A DNA stretch of 53,814 bases, filler included, from Catajapyx aquilonaris (lineage: Eukaryota), in assembly GCA_000934665.2 (NCBI GenBank). It is 3 parts of 3 records of this genome, joined end to end, with 100 filler letters (N's around TTAATTAATTAA, not from the genome) between each part and the next. Parts side by side here need not be neighbours in the genome. Positions count along the whole stretch, not along the records: positions 35,688 to 53,814 come from JYFJ02006874.1; 2 more parts are not named here. One strand, written 5' to 3'. Within the stretch, counting starts at the first letter, position 1, and the number at the start of each line of letters is the position of its first letter. Position numbers and translations under genes: made by a program. Under the pieces are notes generated by a model. The model was given only the letters and a program-made list of their open reading frames with translations, had not been told where the DNA came from and made no database searches. This document shows, piece by piece, positions 50,155 through 53,814 of the stretch.

Positions 50155-50724
50155 CAGGGTGGCCTGTAAATGGCGCACAAGCTTCAGGTAGCGAGATTCC
50201 TTGTGAAAGACCAGTATATGGAAGTGAAGGTCATATTGCTCTAAGAGGCCTGGTTAGGGCTCACGAGGCCTCCAAAGTTTGGACCAAATCATGACGTCAC
50301 ATCTGCCCGCGAAATTCAAACATTACCGTATCGCTACAGTACACGGTTTGTTGCCATGTTGACACACGCCACATTTCCACCCAACAATGGAACCGTATAA
50401 ACTCACTGGGGCGTTGCCAGGCACGCAGGGACGGTGGTATGGCAATGCCCGGCAACGTCCCAGCGAGTTTATACGGTTCCATTGTTGGGTGGAAATGTGG
50501 GCAATGTCAACATGGCAATGCCTGGCAACACACCACGTACGGTAGCGATACGGCAGTGTTTGAATCTCGCTGGCAGATGTGACGTCGTGATTTGGCCCAA
50601 ACTTTGGAGGTCTCGTGAGCCCTAACCAGGCATCGTAGAGCAATATGACCTTCACTTCCATATACTGGTTTTTCACAAGGAATCTCGCTACCTGAAGCTT
50701 GTCCGCCATTTACCGACCACCCTG
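50155..50724. mobile_element. Whole-length palindromic CAGGGTG MITE (nested)
   Basis: TA-CAGGGTGG...CCACCCTG-TA; arms pair to a centre near 50435. Confidence 0.88.
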
Positions 50725-50859
50725 TATAAGCCAATATGCAAACTCACAAACAAAAGAGCGTGGATGCTGGAGGGGACCATTTTTGGTATATTCTCGAGGC
50801 AGACCTTGTTTTGCACCAACAATTGTTAAAAGGTTATTGTGGAATGTTTGGGTTTCCAT

Positions 50860-50970
50860 CAGGGATGGAAAAAGAACCGCTTCTTTGGGCGGTAAGCGGT
50901 TCTTTTTCTATCCCTGCACATGGAAAAAAGAAGCGCTTCTTGGAAGGAAGCGGTACTTTTTCCATCCCTG
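50860..50970. mobile_element. 111-bp hAT MITE (nested)
   Basis: TIR CAGGGATGGAAAAAG; perfect 8-bp TSD GTTTCCAT. Confidence 0.88.
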
Positions 50971-51202
50971 GTTTCCATTCAAGAGAATCACCATGTAGAA
51001 GTTTGTAGCCAGCCATTTCCCTGACCCCTGAACACGAGGTGGCAGCCTCTCGTCATCATCAAGCCTCTGCTTTGCAAGCCATTTCTTCATGTGCATGGAC
51101 AGCTGGTAATCAGTGCTAAATCACTGTTCTAAGGAGGGTGATCGAACAATTATTCTCACATGAATTGTTGCTGCAGGGTTCCAGTAAGCAAGGCAGTATG
51201 CG

Positions 51203-51527
51203 CAGGCGCGGATCCAGGGGGAGGCAATCAGGCGGGTAACTCGCAAAAACCCTCTAGAACAGGGCAAAATTGCACTGTTCTATGGGTTCTTTTCCGTTTT
51301 GCGGTCGCGACCCCAAATTTGGGGTCGCGAGGAAGGGTTGTGACCTTGAACTGGAAAAAAATTTCGCCTGCGCCGGGCCCTACACCCCCACCCCCAGGAG
51401 AAATTTCTGCATGCACCACTAACAGCGACAAATATGGGCCCAAAGACGCATGTCTGAACAGGTCTTTATACCCCCCCACCTATACCCTTGTGCCCCCCCC
51501 CTGAAAACATTTCTGGATCTGCGCCTG
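51203..51527. mobile_element. hAT MITE
   Basis: TIR CAGGCGC(G/A)GATCCAG; perfect 8-bp TSD AGTATGCG. Confidence 0.9.
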
Positions 51528-51817
51528 AGTATGCGGGTGGGCATAGTTGCACAAGAAAAACATCTTGCAACTCAACATGCAGCTACGTTTCTTCAACCTA
51601 AAGCAGGGGTTCCCAACCTTTTTGCACTCAAGACACCCCCCCCCCCCCCCCGAGGCCCTAAATGGTTCCAACACATGTGTACAAAGAATGTGTATTCTAT
51701 TGCTATTCAAGGTTTACTTTAAGATGTTTAGTGCAAGAAAAACAATTGCACATCACACGAGGAATAGTTGCAAGTTTAATTGTTATCACAGTAGGCCTTT
51801 CTGGGGTTGAAATCAAT

Positions 51818-52029
51818 GAGTACGTTTACATGGGACTAAAAATCGGCCTGACCCAGGCTTCCTAAGCAAGGCCATCGCCTTAGGTAGACCACCCGATCCA
51901 AAAGGCCTGGGCTGCGCCCGACAACGGCTCAGATAAGGCCGGTCTATCGTAGGCCCAGCGGCTACATGGGAGTAAACCGGTTTGCCTAGCATAGGCTAGG
52001 CCGATTTTTAGTCCCATGTAAACGTACTC
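51818..52029. mobile_element. PIF/Harbinger-like MITE
   Basis: 32-bp TIR GAGTACGTTTACATGGGACTAAAAATCGGCCT; 3-bp TSD AAT. Confidence 0.85.
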
Positions 52030-53183
52030 AATGGCTATGAAGCTGGGCTTTGTTGGCACCCCTGTGGTGACAGGTGCAGGAGGGACTCCTGGCAGTGGCA
52101 GGGGGGAGGGGGGAGCAAGAGGGGGCTTTGCCAGTCAACTCCCATCTGCCACATTAGAGTGCTGGCCCCTATAGATGATGTCTGTGCCACTAGGTGTGTA
52201 TAATGTGCCCTATGATCATCATAAACTGCAAAACTTTAAATGGAGCAATTACAAATATATGATACTCACCGAATCACATAAGCGCGAACCTTCTTGGATA
52301 CCCATGCGCCACAAATTAGTCCCCGGTATCTCTGGCTTTCTCGAAGAAACAGTGCTGGTACATGCAATTCGAATGCCTAATTAACATGAGAAGCCCATGC
52401 AGTAGCTGCAGCGCTACACAAACTGCACATTTTGATGTGAAGAGTGGTAGGGCCCAGCATGTTGGGCACTAATTTCGGGCAATTCACCGACCGCTTGAGC
52501 TTATGCATATCGAAAAAAGGTTCACTCTTATGTGATTCGGAGAGTATGCAGTTTTTAAGCAAGTCTGGCCAAGTCATCTCACTTAGCTTATAGCCTCGAA
52601 GAAAGGCTTGGCGTCCACCACGATCTCACGACTTTGTACGGCGGAGTGGACAAGGCTTGGCACCCAGACACCATCTCACAGGTTTTTTTTCGGCGGAAGA
52701 CTTGGCGCTTTTTTTACGAGTGCGTTTTTGAGGGGGATAATACGATACAGGGGTTGGACAAAATAATGGGCCCTCCTGCAAAAAGTGGGTGAATTTTCTC
52801 CTCCATTGCACTCGAAAACTGGAAAGGTTACAAAGATGGCCTTTACTGATTTTTGAAGCTCTGACGATGTACATTTATAGACATGAAGTTGATACAAAAA
52901 TCACAATAGGAGTTGGAGAAACAAAAGACTAACGGCACCCACACAGACCCCATTTTTGACCAGAGTAACTATTTTCATTTTCCCACCCGTTTCATTTGAA
53001 AATAAAAATAGTTACATACATGAACTTGGCAGGAATTTGAAGCTCCATCAATGTCACTTTGTGTGGTGTAGAGATGGACCAAAATTACCGACAGGAGGCA
53101 GGGAAATAAATAGAAATGTCACCCCCTTCCCCGGCACTGCTTGAATGCAAACTATGGAAAGTTTTTGTCCCACTGCTAGTTAA

Positions 53184-53814
53184 AGGGACACTCCAGTCTG
53201 AAGACAAGTTGATGTCTAAAAATCAGGCAAAAAATCCTGACCCCAACGCAAAAATCCGTTTGTCTCAAAACAGAACCGTAAGGCCCGGAGAGAAGGTCAA
53301 AGTTGGCAGCATTCGTATCCCCCGCTTGCGGAGTGACGTCACGGGAGGCGTGTCATTCGCCGACTCGCCATAAGTGGCGCCTCACTCGGGTGGGTGGTGA
53401 AACGACGACCGGACAAATGCCTGGCGCGCTCGATTGAAAATGTATAAATGTTAATGCGGCGGATCCAACCATGGATCCAAGCGCAACAAAATACAATTTT
53501 TTTCCAACCTACTGGGTGGGGTTGGAACCGCCCGGAACTCGGAACCGGAACCCGAAGCTGGAATTGGTAGGGGAGAAACCCGTGCCAGCTAGGCTCCATG
53601 TAGCCCGCTCATTCCCCACTGGGGCCACTGCCAACCTCGGCGGGGCCCTCCACATCACCTGCGACAGCATTTGACGCATTTATTTAAAGCTGCATTTACA
53701 TATCAGCCGGTACTACAGGTACTAGTCTCCTCCGTGTGACTACAACTAGCTCTCGACCGCCCGGGCGCCGCCATCTTGGGATTAATGGACCTAATTAGCA
53801 GCTAAAAGTAGCAG
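53184..53814. mobile_element. Possible Kolobok-like element, left end only
   Basis: TTAA-AGGGACACTCCA start is typical of Kolobok non-autonomous elements; CpG-rich body; right end not in the window. Confidence 0.35.

Larger units (their letters stand above)
49589..50995. mobile_element. CAGGGTG foldback element (same outer arms as 32879-33422) with nested inserts
   Basis: CAGGGTGATTCTCTCGAA...GAGAATCACCATG-TA; arms shared with the 32879 copy for ~190 bp. Confidence 0.8.

Overview
Eukaryotic (arthropod-like, probably insect) genomic DNA in three ~18-kb blocks joined by two artificial 100-nt linkers (N44-TTAATTAATTAA-N44 at 17767-17866 and 35588-35687). Block 1 holds a complete minus-strand DRAP1/NC2-alpha gene (4 coding exons, 246 aa) whose second coding intron is a minor-spliceosome (U12) AT-AC intron. 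Block 2 holds the middle exons of a minus-strand RBM26/27 (swm-like) gene. Block 3 holds two 197-nt paralogous discoidin-domain exons of Neurexin IV (+ strand) that look mutually exclusive. Most of the rest is non-autonomous DNA transposons (Tc1/mariner, pogo/Tigger, hAT, piggyBac, P-like, Harbinger, Chapaev3, Transib and IS3EU-like by termini and TSDs) plus tRNA-derived SINEs. Many of these are whole-length palindromes and many are nested. No prokaryotic systems, CRISPR arrays, rRNA or bona fide tRNA genes are supported. All assignments were made by eye; superfamily calls rest on termini, TSDs and recalled protein motifs and need database confirmation.
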